Virus record (IMG/VR): IMGVR_UViG_2718217944_000002
DNA: 64,000 nt
Origin: a virus
Direction: 5' to 3' (one strand)
Under the pieces are notes generated by a model. The model had not been told where the DNA came from. It worked only from the letters and a program-made list of their open reading frames with translations, and made no database searches. The stretch's first letter is position 1; each line of letters starts with the position of its first letter. This document shows, piece by piece, positions 46,510 through 56,280 of the stretch. A program made the translations under genes and the position numbers.

Positions 46510-46916
46510 TGAAAGCTGTGAATATAAAGTGTTGGAAAATTGAACTCTTCGAGGAGCCGAAGCCGTCAGCTTCTATCGTTAATAGTCTGAGAATGTCGGA
46601 AAATAGACTTCCATTTTTTACTGGATACTCAAAAAAACCGATAAATCTTGAAGAGCTACGTGATGAGCAATTTATTACCATCCGCAGCAATCTCGAAAGC
46701 CTGGAGAGTAGCACTTTCCGTGTTAGCAGGATTCACGAGGTTAAATGCTCTCCAATTTACGAGATTGATAACTCCTTCGACGAAGCGGCAAAGCCATTGA
46801 TTAAATGGTTGGCGGAAAATGTACATCCGCATCACACCGCCATAGTCACCAGCAATCGAGCGGAGCTGCTAATGGGGGAGTCGGTAATCAACACCGACGA
46901 ATATCTGAAAGATTAG
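46509..46916 (+). CDS. Hypothetical protein
   Basis: 135 aa, start overlaps the Rz1 stop. Confidence 0.7.
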   Translation: MKAVNIKCWKIELFEEPKPSASIVNSLRMSENRLPFFTGYSKKPINLEELRDEQFITIRSNLESLESSTFRVSRIHEVKCSPIYEIDNSFDEAAKPLIKWLAENVHPHHTAIVTSNRAELLMGESVINTDEYLKD

Positions 46917-47262
46917 CATTACAGGTGGCCTTTACGAGGGCCATCGATAATGCGCAAGCAAAATCACCGGCAGATCCTGCCTGGTCACCCTGACCGTTAT
47001 CTGCTGGTGGTTTTTATTTTGTTCTGAGTTTTTGCGTTGGCCACAAAGAAAATCAGCATAAACGATCTGTATTCGTAGATGGTGGTTAGTGGTTTTCCCG
47101 AGCGGGTATTCCAGAGGTCAGCAGAAAATTCTAAAGGAAGGTGGGCGGCCATCGGTAGTTGGAGCTACCGACAGCCATTCATACCCATCCACAGGTCACG
47201 ATGAGTACGAACCAAGGCCCACTTGCTTGTACAAGCCGGGTCATAGTATTGGATCCTCAGAA

Positions 47263-48690
47263 ATGACCAAAGGAAAAAATCAATCAACGCTCTCAATTGC
47301 TTACAAAACACGCGAGTCGTTGATGGCTTATGCACGAAATGCCCGAACCCACTCTGAGGAGCAGGTTCGACAGATTGTCGCCAGCATCAGTGAGTACGGG
47401 TGGACGAATCCGGTACTGATTGATGAAAATGAAGAAGTGATCGCCGGCCACGGCCGGTTGCTGGCGGCTGAACAGCTTTTTGTCGATGAAGTGCCGACCA
47501 TCACGCTGTCGGGCCTGAGTGAGCAGCAGAAAAAAGCCTACCGCCTGGCGGACAACAAACTGCCGTTAAATGCTGGGTGGGACGATGAATTATTGAAGCT
47601 GGAGTTGAGCGACTTGCTGGACAGCGGCTTTGATATCGATCTGACTGGCTTCAGCCAAGCTGAGATTGATGAAATTTTCACTGTCGTTGATGTGTTGCCC
47701 GGTGAGTCGAAGGCGGGAAATCTGACAGAAAAATTCCTCGTGCCGCCTTTTTCTGTGCTGAATGCCCGAGAAGGCTGGTGGCAAGACCGCAAGAAAAATT
47801 GGATCGCACTCGGCATCCAATCAGAGTCGGGCCGCGAGGACGAATTGTTGTTCAGCAAATCGACGCAAAGCGGTGCGATCTACGGCAAGAAAAACGCGTA
47901 TGAGGCCAAAATAGGCAGGGTAGTCAGCTGGGATGAATTTTTCCAGGCGCACCCGGACCTACAGACTTTGCCGACCACGAGCATTTTCGACCCGGTAATG
48001 TGTGAATTGGCTTATCGCTGGTTTTCACCTGAGGGTGGGACGGTTATTGATCCGTTTGCTGGTGGATCAGTTCGGGGCGTTGTCGCTGCAAAACTGGGGC
48101 GGCAATACCTTGGCTGTGATTTGAGAAGTGAACAGGTAGAGGCGAATCGCCAGCAATGGGCGCAGATTGATACCGATGGTGGCGCTGCCCCTCATTGGCA
48201 CTGTGGCGATAGTCGTGACATTCATCAGCACTTCAAGGGGGCGCAGGCAGATTTTTTATTCAGTTGCCCGCCTTATGCTGATCTTGAGGTCTATTCTGAC
48301 GATCCCGCTGATATTTCGACGCTGAACTACCCGGAGTTCGTCATCGCCTACCGGCAGATCATCAAAAATGCGCTGTCGCTGCTCAAAGAGGACCGATTCG
48401 CGTGTTTTGTCGTAGGGGAGGTGCGGGACGCGAAAGGCATCTACCGTAATTTCGTCAGTGATACCGTGTTGGCGTTTTGTGATGCCGGCGCAGCGTATTA
48501 CAACGAGGCGATCCTTGTTACTCAGGCGGGAAGTTTACCCGTTCGGGCTGGGAAAATGTTTTCCGCCAGCCGAAAGTTAGGAAAAACGCACCAAAATGTA
48601 CTGGTGTTCGTGAAAGGCGATCCCCGTAAAGCGGTTGAGGCCTGTGGTGTCGTAGACGTCACTGATATTTTCCCCGACGAGCCAGACTAA
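47263..48690 (+). CDS. ParB/Srx-domain DNA methyltransferase fusion
   Basis: YARNARTHS...GWTNPVL...IAGHGRL ParB domain; VIDPFAGGSVRG and FSCPPY MTase motifs. Confidence 0.85.
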   Translation: MTKGKNQSTLSIAYKTRESLMAYARNARTHSEEQVRQIVASISEYGWTNPVLIDENEEVIAGHGRLLAAEQLFVDEVPTITLSGLSEQQKKAYRLADNKLPLNAGWDDELLKLELSDLLDSGFDIDLTGFSQAEIDEIFTVVDVLPGESKAGNLTEKFLVPPFSVLNAREGWWQDRKKNWIALGIQSESGREDELLFSKSTQSGAIYGKKNAYEAKIGRVVSWDEFFQAHPDLQTLPTTSIFDPVMCELAYRWFSPEGGTVIDPFAGGSVRGVVAAKLGRQYLGCDLRSEQVEANRQQWAQIDTDGGAAPHWHCGDSRDIHQHFKGAQADFLFSCPPYADLEVYSDDPADISTLNYPEFVIAYRQIIKNALSLLKEDRFACFVVGEVRDAKGIYRNFVSDTVLAFCDAGAAYYNEAILVTQAGSLPVRAGKMFSASRKLGKTHQNVLVFVKGDPRKAVEACGVVDVTDIFPDEPD

Positions 48691-48911
48691 AGACGATATT
48701 TCGCCTTGAGGGCGTCAATACCGGCGGCAATCAGTAAAGCCGGCTCTCTTCCCATCTGTATTTGAAACTCTGGTCGCAGCACGGCTTCTTTAGCCCGTGT
48801 GATTACCCGCGCTTCATTACCCAGGCGAGGAAAGCTGCCGGCAAGTTTGATAGCCGCTTCCCAATCGTTATTACTGGCAAGTTCCCTGAGAACGTCGATT
48901 TTCTTTTTCAT
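48687..48911 (-). CDS. Small antisense-oriented protein within the late region
   Basis: GGAGG SD; 74 aa; stop overlaps the MTase stop. Confidence 0.65.
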   Translation of the reverse strand: MKKKIDVLRELASNNDWEAAIKLAGSFPRLGNEARVITRAKEAVLRPEFQIQMGREPALLIAAGIDALKAKYRL

Positions 48912-48980
48912 GGCGTTTTCCTCCGTGCTTTGGACGATAGCGGAGTCACCGCCCCCGTTCGAGGGGGACGCGGGGGAAAT

Positions 48981-49244
48981 ATGCAAACTTTACCCATAGC
49001 GAACATCGAAGCGTTGGCCGCCCGTCGTTTGAGCGAGCAGCAGATAGCTGACGTGTTGGATATTTCTCTGGATGAGCTGAAAAAGGACAGAGAGCAGCTA
49101 TCGCTATTTCGAGTCGCTATACGGAAAGGGCGGGCAAAAGGAGAGGCTGAGTTAAGGGGCGCGCTGTATAGGCGGGCCAAGAACGGGGATATACAGGCAT
49201 ACAGCGAATTGCTGAGGCGCGAGAAACAACAGGACAGTGACTGA
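48981..49244 (+). CDS. Small HTH protein upstream of terS
   Basis: LSEQQIADVLDIS HTH; coupled to terS. Confidence 0.7.
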   Translation: MQTLPIANIEALAARRLSEQQIADVLDISLDELKKDREQLSLFRVAIRKGRAKGEAELRGALYRRAKNGDIQAYSELLRREKQQDSD

Positions 49245-50248
49245 TGAGCAAGCCTGATGAGAAAGCAATCGAGCGTGATTTCTGTGCTGGTGAGCTTTCC
49301 CTCCAGGATGTTGCGGATAAGCACGGAATCACGATAAAAGCCCTGCGATACATGGCGGGCAAACGCGGTTGGAAACGCAACAAAGGGGCAAGGGCAAAAG
49401 CGGGGCAAAAAAACGGGGCAAAAAATAATTCTGCCCCAAAAAAAACGCCCCAAAAAAAGCAGCAAGATCCTGATGGCTTCCAACAGCCGCGCCGGAAAAT
49501 TTCCAATGAAGAAAAATCCTCAGAGGACGATTTTGATCTGGCATTTGATCCTGATGAATTCGGACTTTCTGACCAGCACGCTCTTTTTGTTTATTGGTAC
49601 GTAAAAACAAAAAACAGAGTCGAGGCGTATAGAAAAGCGGGCTACAAGTGCGAAGGCAACGCTGCTTATGCTGCTGCCAGCCGGCTGTATAGGAATGTTA
49701 AGGTTTCGAAGGCTATCCGGGCGCTGTTAAATCGCTTCCGGGAACGCTACACCGCAGACCTTGATGAAATTGTCGATCAGCTGGTGGCGATAACGCGGGC
49801 CGACCCTAACGCGCTGACGCAATACCGCCGTGTGAATTGCCGCCACTGCTGGGGGGAAAATAATTTATACCAATGGCGAGATATTCAGGAGTACGACCGC
49901 GCCGCTGCAAAAGCGATGAAAGATGGACGGTCAGAGCCTGAATACGGCGGCCTTGGCTTTGTCACTAACGCTGACCCTAACCCGGATTGTCCGCGATGCA
50001 ATGGCGAGGGCGAAGGGGAATTGTTGATAGGGGACACCCGCGACCTTGATGCTAATGAGCACGCTTATTTCCTCGGCGTGAAGCAGACCAAAAATGGCAT
50101 TGAGGTTTTAACCGAAGATAAAAAATCGGCACGACAAATGCTGATTCAATTAATGCAGCCCAAAGGAGGAAAAGCCGCCGCAGAAAGTAATGAGGACGGT
50201 GAGCCTCAAATTATTATCAACCTGGTGAATTCTCCCGATGGCGACTGA
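49244..50248 (+). CDS. terS: Terminase small subunit with Zn-finger extension
   Basis: N-terminal HTH, AYRKAGY..E..AAYAAASRL, CRHC and CPRC pairs. Confidence 0.8.
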   Translation: MSKPDEKAIERDFCAGELSLQDVADKHGITIKALRYMAGKRGWKRNKGARAKAGQKNGAKNNSAPKKTPQKKQQDPDGFQQPRRKISNEEKSSEDDFDLAFDPDEFGLSDQHALFVYWYVKTKNRVEAYRKAGYKCEGNAAYAAASRLYRNVKVSKAIRALLNRFRERYTADLDEIVDQLVAITRADPNALTQYRRVNCRHCWGENNLYQWRDIQEYDRAAAKAMKDGRSEPEYGGLGFVTNADPNPDCPRCNGEGEGELLIGDTRDLDANEHAYFLGVKQTKNGIEVLTEDKKSARQMLIQLMQPKGGKAAAESNEDGEPQIIINLVNSPDGD

Positions 50249-51509
50249 ACACACGATCACGTTCCTGCCGTTCCATGACGGGCAGAAGAAAATTTATCGC
50301 TCGCCGGCGAAGCGGAAAGTAATCCGCGCCGGTCGCCGCTTTGGCAAAACCACCATGTTAGAGCAGGCTGGCGGCAACTGGGCGGCAAAACAGATGCGCG
50401 TGGGCTGGTTTGCGCCGTCCTATAAAATCCTGCTGCCCTCGTTTAAGGCCATTCGGGATCTGCTCAAGCCGATCACCACCAGTTCCAGCAAGACGGATTC
50501 GATAATTGAGACGATCGGCGGTGGTCAGGTTGAATTCTGGACGCTGGACAACCCGGACGCTGGCCGCTCCCGTAAATATCACAAAGTCATCATCGATGAA
50601 GGCAGCCTGGTCAAAAAGGGTATGCGTGATATTTGGGAACAGGCGATAGAGCCGACGCTGCTCGACTATGATGGTGACGCCATCATGGCCGGTACGCCGA
50701 AGGGCGTGGACGACGAGAACTTTTTCTATCAGGCCTGCAACGATAAATCGATGGGGTGGGAAGAACATCACGCGCCCACGTCGGCGAACCCGACCATTAA
50801 CCCCGAGGCGCTGGCACGAATAATCGCCGGCCGTCCGCCGATGGTAGTTCAGCAGGAATACAACGCTGATTTCGTCGATTGGCGAGGGCAAAACTTCTTC
50901 AAATTGGATTGGCTGCTGGAAAACAACGCACCGGTCGATTACCCGCTTGCCTGCGATACGGTCTATGGCGTGGTTGACTGCGCGCAGAAAGGTGATCTCC
51001 AGCACGATGGTTCGGCGTGTATCTGGTTCGCCCTGGATACGTTGCCAGTCCCGCACCTGGTGATTCTGGATTGGGACATTATCCAAATCGACGGCTATTT
51101 CCTGAAAGAAATAATCCCGCAGTGGATCGGCAAAACCAAATCGTTGAGCGAAATCTGCAATGCCCGCATGGGTACCACCGGCCTGTTCATTGAGGATAAG
51201 GCCACCGGTATCACGCTATTGCAGCAAGGGGCCAACGAGGGCTGGAACGTTCACCCTATCGACAGCGAGCTCACATCGCTGCCCAAAGAGTCCCGCGCCA
51301 TCAATATCTCCGGGTATGTGGCGTCGGGGAAAGTACGCATTTCGAAATACGCCTATGACAAGCTGGTGGAATACAAGCAGTCGAAGAAAAATCACCTTTT
51401 GACGCAAGTACTCCAGTTTATCATCGGCGAAGAAAACCAGGACGACGACCTGTTTGATTGCTTCAACTACGGCGTCGCGCTGGGCCTTGGTAACGGAGAG
51501 GGTTTCTGA
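50238..51509 (+). CDS. terL: Terminase large subunit
   Basis: AGRRFGKT Walker A, VIIDEG Walker B, GTPKG, DDDLFDC. Confidence 0.92.
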   Translation: MATEHTITFLPFHDGQKKIYRSPAKRKVIRAGRRFGKTTMLEQAGGNWAAKQMRVGWFAPSYKILLPSFKAIRDLLKPITTSSSKTDSIIETIGGGQVEFWTLDNPDAGRSRKYHKVIIDEGSLVKKGMRDIWEQAIEPTLLDYDGDAIMAGTPKGVDDENFFYQACNDKSMGWEEHHAPTSANPTINPEALARIIAGRPPMVVQQEYNADFVDWRGQNFFKLDWLLENNAPVDYPLACDTVYGVVDCAQKGDLQHDGSACIWFALDTLPVPHLVILDWDIIQIDGYFLKEIIPQWIGKTKSLSEICNARMGTTGLFIEDKATGITLLQQGANEGWNVHPIDSELTSLPKESRAINISGYVASGKVRISKYAYDKLVEYKQSKKNHLLTQVLQFIIGEENQDDDLFDCFNYGVALGLGNGEGF

Positions 51510-52939
51510 TGGACACCAACGAACTTTGCATGGGTAGCAACGCTGGCGTCCTCAGCCAGATCCTTGAGGGTGACAGTATTGAGCCAGGTGCCCAGGCCGG
51601 TTATGAGCTGTGCAAACTGATTTACCTGTTTCACCCGCTGGGCGGGAAGATGGTCGACCGCCCGATTAAGCTGGCGATGGCTGAGCCGCGAGTTGTCCGC
51701 GTGACGCGTGGCCCGGATAAGCGGCTGAGTGAAGCATTCGAGCGAGAGTGGAAAGCCCTCAAGGCTGACCGCCTCATTGCCAACGTGGCGCGCCAGTCAC
51801 GTATTTATGGCGTTGGCGCTGTCGTGATGCTGATTGATGGCGAACCTACCAACGAAGCGGCCGAATACGACAGCCTGTATAAGAAGGCGCTCACCTTCAA
51901 CGTGTTGGACCCGATGAATACGGCGGGATCCATCGTGTTGGATCAGGACCCGAACAGCGCGGATTTCCAGAAAGTCGGCAGCGTCACGGCAGCAGGGAAG
52001 CCTTATCACCAAAGCCGCTGCTGCGTGATGATGAACGAAGACCCGATTTATCTGGCTTACACGCCGTCGTCCTTCGGTTTCGCCGGCCGCAGCGTTTACC
52101 AACGGGCATTGTACCCGCTTAAATCCTTTATCCAGTCGATGCGCGCTGACGACATGGTGACGGTAAAAGCCGGGTTGCTGGTGGCGTTTATCAAACAGGC
52201 CAGCTCCATTGTTAACGCCGCGATGCAGAAAATGTCCGGCATCAAGCGCTGGATGCTGAAACGCGGTGGTAATGGCGACGTGCTTCAGGTCGGCGAGAGC
52301 GACAAAATCGAATCGCTCGACATGCAGAACTTGGAAAAGCCACTGGATACAGCCCGCAAGCATATTCTGGAGAATATCGCCGCTGCCGCTGATATGCCGG
52401 CGCTTTTGCTGAACAACGAGACGTTTTCCAACGGGTTCGGCGAGGGGAAGGAAGACACCAAGTACGTCGCCCAGTACATCGATGATGTGCGTAAGGATCT
52501 ACAGCCGCTTTACGATTTCTTTGTGCGGATCGTCCAGTACCGCGCCTGGTCGCCGGAATTTTTCGAGGCGCTGAAAAACGATATTCCAGAATACAAAAAT
52601 GTTACCTGGCAATCGGCATTCAGCTCGTGGGTGGGAAATTTCGATTATGTCTGGCCGTCCTCCCTGAAAGAGCCGGAAAGCGAAAAGGTCAAAGTCGATG
52701 AAACGCGCTTCAAGGCGATCACCGAGATGCTGACCGTGCTTCTGCCGCAACTTTCCAGCGATCCAGAAAACCGGGCGACGTTGATCAAGTGGGCCTGCGA
52801 AAACGCCAACATGAACGAGCATTTATTTGCTGATCGCCTGGAGCTGGATTACGAACTGCTTGAACAGAATCCACCTAAGGTGACAGCGCCACCAGACGGA
52901 GAAAACCCCGATGAGCCCCTTTCTCAGAGAGCTGCGTGA
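51509..52939 (+). CDS. Portal protein (DUF1073-like)
   Basis: Follows terL; SRIYGVGAVV, AAAADMPALLL. Confidence 0.8.
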   Translation: MDTNELCMGSNAGVLSQILEGDSIEPGAQAGYELCKLIYLFHPLGGKMVDRPIKLAMAEPRVVRVTRGPDKRLSEAFEREWKALKADRLIANVARQSRIYGVGAVVMLIDGEPTNEAAEYDSLYKKALTFNVLDPMNTAGSIVLDQDPNSADFQKVGSVTAAGKPYHQSRCCVMMNEDPIYLAYTPSSFGFAGRSVYQRALYPLKSFIQSMRADDMVTVKAGLLVAFIKQASSIVNAAMQKMSGIKRWMLKRGGNGDVLQVGESDKIESLDMQNLEKPLDTARKHILENIAAAADMPALLLNNETFSNGFGEGKEDTKYVAQYIDDVRKDLQPLYDFFVRIVQYRAWSPEFFEALKNDIPEYKNVTWQSAFSSWVGNFDYVWPSSLKEPESEKVKVDETRFKAITEMLTVLLPQLSSDPENRATLIKWACENANMNEHLFADRLELDYELLEQNPPKVTAPPDGENPDEPLSQRAA

Positions 52940-53786
52940 CGCCATAAAGGACTTTCTGGAGCACGGTTACAGCAGTGAGGAACGCCTGCTGATGTGGACC
53001 GAGCGCCTGAGAAACGCCACGGAGGAAAAAATAGGCGGGGAGGATTTTTACCGCTACGCAGCGCGCCGGCTAACGGCGGCTTACGATTTGGAGATTGGGC
53101 GTGAAAGAGCGCTTAAACGGCACCTTGGCGTCTCCCGATTCACTTTGAATTACGTTGAACCCAAGCTGCGCGCGGAGCTGGACCGGCGGATCATGGCTTC
53201 TGCCGACCTGATAAAGCTGAACCGCACGCAGGCGGTGAATCGGACCATTCAGCGATTTAGCGGATGGGCCACCAGTATCCCTCCGATTAACGCCCTAAGC
53301 CCTGGGCTTTCAGCGTCATCGCGTAGTGGTGTGATAGACACCAGCCAGCACATCGCCAAATCGGCCAGGCAGATTGATTTTGAGCAGCGGCGCGTGATGG
53401 TGGATCAGACGCACAAGCTGATCGCCAATATCGACAACATCATCGCCACCGAGGGCGGCGCGATTGCTGCCGTTTGGCACAGCCACTGGCGCCAGCCTAA
53501 TTACGATTACCGGGAGCCACATAAGGACCGTGATTTAAATGTATATGCCATTCGCGGCAACTGGGCGCTGAAAAAGGGATTTATGCGCGCCGGCACGGCG
53601 GGTTATCTCGATGAAGTCACCCAGCCCGGCGAGGAAGTTTTTTGCCGGTGCTATCTCACCTACATCTACAACGTGCGCAGTCTGCCTGACGAGATGAAAA
53701 CCGATAAGTGGAAGAAATTCACCGAAGGGAATTTGTCTGTTGGCCGGCGTGCGGCGAATTTTGAGGGCATACGCACAGGAGGGTAA
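52911..53786 (+). CDS. Head morphogenesis protein (Mu gpF-like)
   Basis: WHSHW...REPHKDRD; PGEEVFCRC. Confidence 0.85.
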   Translation: MSPFLRELRDAIKDFLEHGYSSEERLLMWTERLRNATEEKIGGEDFYRYAARRLTAAYDLEIGRERALKRHLGVSRFTLNYVEPKLRAELDRRIMASADLIKLNRTQAVNRTIQRFSGWATSIPPINALSPGLSASSRSGVIDTSQHIAKSARQIDFEQRRVMVDQTHKLIANIDNIIATEGGAIAAVWHSHWRQPNYDYREPHKDRDLNVYAIRGNWALKKGFMRAGTAGYLDEVTQPGEEVFCRCYLTYIYNVRSLPDEMKTDKWKKFTEGNLSVGRRAANFEGIRTGG

Positions 53787-55364
53787 GTGGAAACCTACGC
53801 TGCCGGGATTTTATTCAAATCCGCCGGAAAGGTCTTTCTGGTTAAGCGTGGGGATGACGGTTCGTGGGCGGTGCCGGGTGGGAAGCTCGAAGAGGGGGAA
53901 ACACCCGAAGCCGCCGCAAGGCGTGAGGTGCTGGAGGAATGCGGCGTTGACTATGCCGCACCGCTGACGCCGCACGCTCTGATTGATGGCTATGTCACCT
54001 ATATTGCCGAGGGGGGCGAACAATTCGAGGCAGTTCTGAACGAGGAGAATCAGGCGTATGGCTGGTTTTCGCTGGATGAACTCCCCGAGCCGTTACACCC
54101 CGGCATGGTGGCGATGCTTGAGGCCGAGCCGCTTAACGAAATGGACGTTGCCGGGCTTATTTCCGGCGGCCAACTCACATCCCCGCAGTTTTTCAGAAAT
54201 ATGTATCTGTGGGCGCTGCGTATCACCGGCACAGGTGTTACCTGGCGCTCCAAGTTCAGGCAGTACGCCTATCGCTCTCCCGAAAATTATCTCACTGACG
54301 AGTTTCTCGCCCGGTGCGCTGGCTTGCCGGTTATTTGGCTGCATCCAGAAAAAAACGTACTGAACAGCGAGGAATTTGCCGCGAGGACTATCGGGGCGAT
54401 CGCCTTTGCCTGGATCCAGGGTGACGAGGTGTGGGGTATGGCCCGCATCTATGACACTGACGCCGCCGTCAACCTTTCCACGCGGCAATTAAGCACATCC
54501 CCCACGGTGACGGGCGGCGACGACGTTTTGATCAACGTCGACGGCGAACCGCTGCTGCTGGAAGGAAACCCGGTTTTACTGGATCACCTGGCTATTTGCG
54601 AGCAGGGCGTCTGGGACAAGTTGGGCGATCCAGCTGGGGTTAAATCCGACACATTGAACGAGGTCCAGAAAATGGATGAAGATAAATTTGTAGAGCTTTT
54701 CAATAAATGCATGGATGCTCGCATGGCTAAGGCTGATGAAGAAAAGGCAGCCAAAGAAAAAGCTGATGCTGAGGAGCAAGAAAAAAAGGAAAAAGCTGAC
54801 GCGGAAGAGAAAGAAGCCGAAGAAGCCAAAGCAAAAAAAGACGCTGAAGAAAAATCCGCCAAAGAAAAAGCTGATGCCGAGGAAGAAGAAAAGGCTAAGG
54901 CTGACTCCGAGCTGGCAAAAATTCGTGCTGATATGGAGGAACTGAAAAATCGCGTTCCTCAGGAGATCAGCGACGAGGAGCGCAACGAAATCGCCGACAC
55001 GCAGTGCAAGGCCGACAGTGTGTTTGCGTCATTCGGCGAGCGCGCGCCGCAGCCGATGGCCGGCGAACGCGTCATGCCTTACCGCCGCCGCATCATGACC
55101 CGCCTGCAAAAATACTCCGCCGATTATAAAGAGGTGGATCTTCATACGATTGCCGACAGCCAGCTGTTGAGCATCGCTGAGAAAAAAATCTATGCGGATG
55201 CGCAGGCGTCGGCGGCTTCCAGTCTGGAACCGGGCTCAGGCTTGCGCGAAGTGGTGCGTACCGATGCCACCGGCCGCCGGATCAGCAATTTTATCGGTGA
55301 ACCATCTGCGTGCTGGGCACCTTTCCAGGCGGTTAGCCGCAAACTCTCTGGTATCAACCAGTAA
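53787..55364 (+). CDS. NUDIX hydrolase fused to DUF2213 (protease/scaffold-like) with charged repeats
   Basis: Nudix box [23 protein letters not shown]; LPVIWLHP and LLDHLAIC; repeated [11 protein letters not shown] coil. Confidence 0.85.
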   Translation: METYAAGILFKSAGKVFLVKRGDDGSWAVPGGKLEEGETPEAAARREVLEECGVDYAAPLTPHALIDGYVTYIAEGGEQFEAVLNEENQAYGWFSLDELPEPLHPGMVAMLEAEPLNEMDVAGLISGGQLTSPQFFRNMYLWALRITGTGVTWRSKFRQYAYRSPENYLTDEFLARCAGLPVIWLHPEKNVLNSEEFAARTIGAIAFAWIQGDEVWGMARIYDTDAAVNLSTRQLSTSPTVTGGDDVLINVDGEPLLLEGNPVLLDHLAICEQGVWDKLGDPAGVKSDTLNEVQKMDEDKFVELFNKCMDARMAKADEEKAAKEKADAEEQEKKEKADAEEKEAEEAKAKKDAEEKSAKEKADAEEEEKAKADSELAKIRADMEELKNRVPQEISDEERNEIADTQCKADSVFASFGERAPQPMAGERVMPYRRRIMTRLQKYSADYKEVDLHTIADSQLLSIAEKKIYADAQASAASSLEPGSGLREVVRTDATGRRISNFIGEPSACWAPFQAVSRKLSGINQ

Positions 55365-55384
55365 TCACTCGGAGAACATAAAGC

Positions 55385-56263
55385 ATGTCGAGCGTTTTGA
55401 CAGTTAATCCCATGCAGACCACCAACGCCCTCGGAACGTTTTATACGAAATCCGATGGTCTGATTCAGGGTATGGCGCTGGATGATCCGGCGGCGCGTTA
55501 TGCGCTGGCCTCCGGTACGTTGGCAAATAGCGAAGCCCTCCCACTGTGGGGCGGTGTCGCTGTGAATGAGTTGGTTCCGGGCGTCTCTTCTGCACCGCGT
55601 GGCACGACCATTAAGCGCGCCACATCGATTGCCGATCTGGTGGGGATCTCGGTATTTAACCAAGCCCATAACGGTTTAACCACGCCGCAATCGCCGGTGC
55701 CGTTGTACCTGAGCAACATGAGCGTGTCGTTCTATCGCTTTGGCTCGGGTATGCGTGTCCCGGTGAAAGCCTCTGATGCCCTTATCACCCTCGGGAGTAA
55801 CGCTGCGGGCATGTCGGTGAACCAGCCGTTGGTGTGGAATTTCGCGACCGACAGTCTGGATGTGTTCAGCACCGCGGCAGCCGACGTTGAGACCACCGAA
55901 ATCAACTGGACAGCGCCTGCGGGGAATACCGCCGGGTTTGCCACGGCGACGACGGCCAGCGCGCATAACCTGGCAGTGGGGGCTTACGTCACCATTACCG
56001 GGGCGGAGCCGGCAGCCTATAACGGCACGGTTCAAGTGCTCAGTGCGCCAACCGCAACCAGTTTCACCTTCACCCCGGTATCGGTGCCATCTGGCAACGC
56101 CACCAAGCAGGGAACCGTTGGCGCAGCAGATAAATCCGCTGTCGCGCTGCCGGTAAAAATCATTGAAATGCAGAAGGGTAACAGCAAAACCGTGGCTTAC
56201 GATTCGGCTACGGGCTTTGCTACCTGGAACGACAGCGGAAACGCTGCGGTAATTCTGCTGTAA
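55385..56263 (+). CDS. Capsid decoration/cement protein with an inserted beta domain
   Basis: Position between scaffold and MCP; Ala/Thr-rich insert. Confidence 0.65.
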   Translation: MSSVLTVNPMQTTNALGTFYTKSDGLIQGMALDDPAARYALASGTLANSEALPLWGGVAVNELVPGVSSAPRGTTIKRATSIADLVGISVFNQAHNGLTTPQSPVPLYLSNMSVSFYRFGSGMRVPVKASDALITLGSNAAGMSVNQPLVWNFATDSLDVFSTAAADVETTEINWTAPAGNTAGFATATTASAHNLAVGAYVTITGAEPAAYNGTVQVLSAPTATSFTFTPVSVPSGNATKQGTVGAADKSAVALPVKIIEMQKGNSKTVAYDSATGFATWNDSGNAAVILL

Positions 56264-56280
56264 CCAGGAGAGGCTAAGAG

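Noticed and set aside
47089-47262. N-terminal extension of the ParB-MTase ORF given in the track
   Set aside because: Region is hairpin-rich and the ParB pattern begins only after ATG 47263
51509-52939. Possible anti-CBASS Acb1 activity in the DUF1073 portal
   Set aside because: The protein ends at 476 aa with no HxT/HxS 2H-phosphoesterase extension; treated as a plain portal
54727-54910. [11 protein letters not shown] repeats as a novel repeat element
   Set aside because: Low-complexity charged coil typical of scaffolding regions
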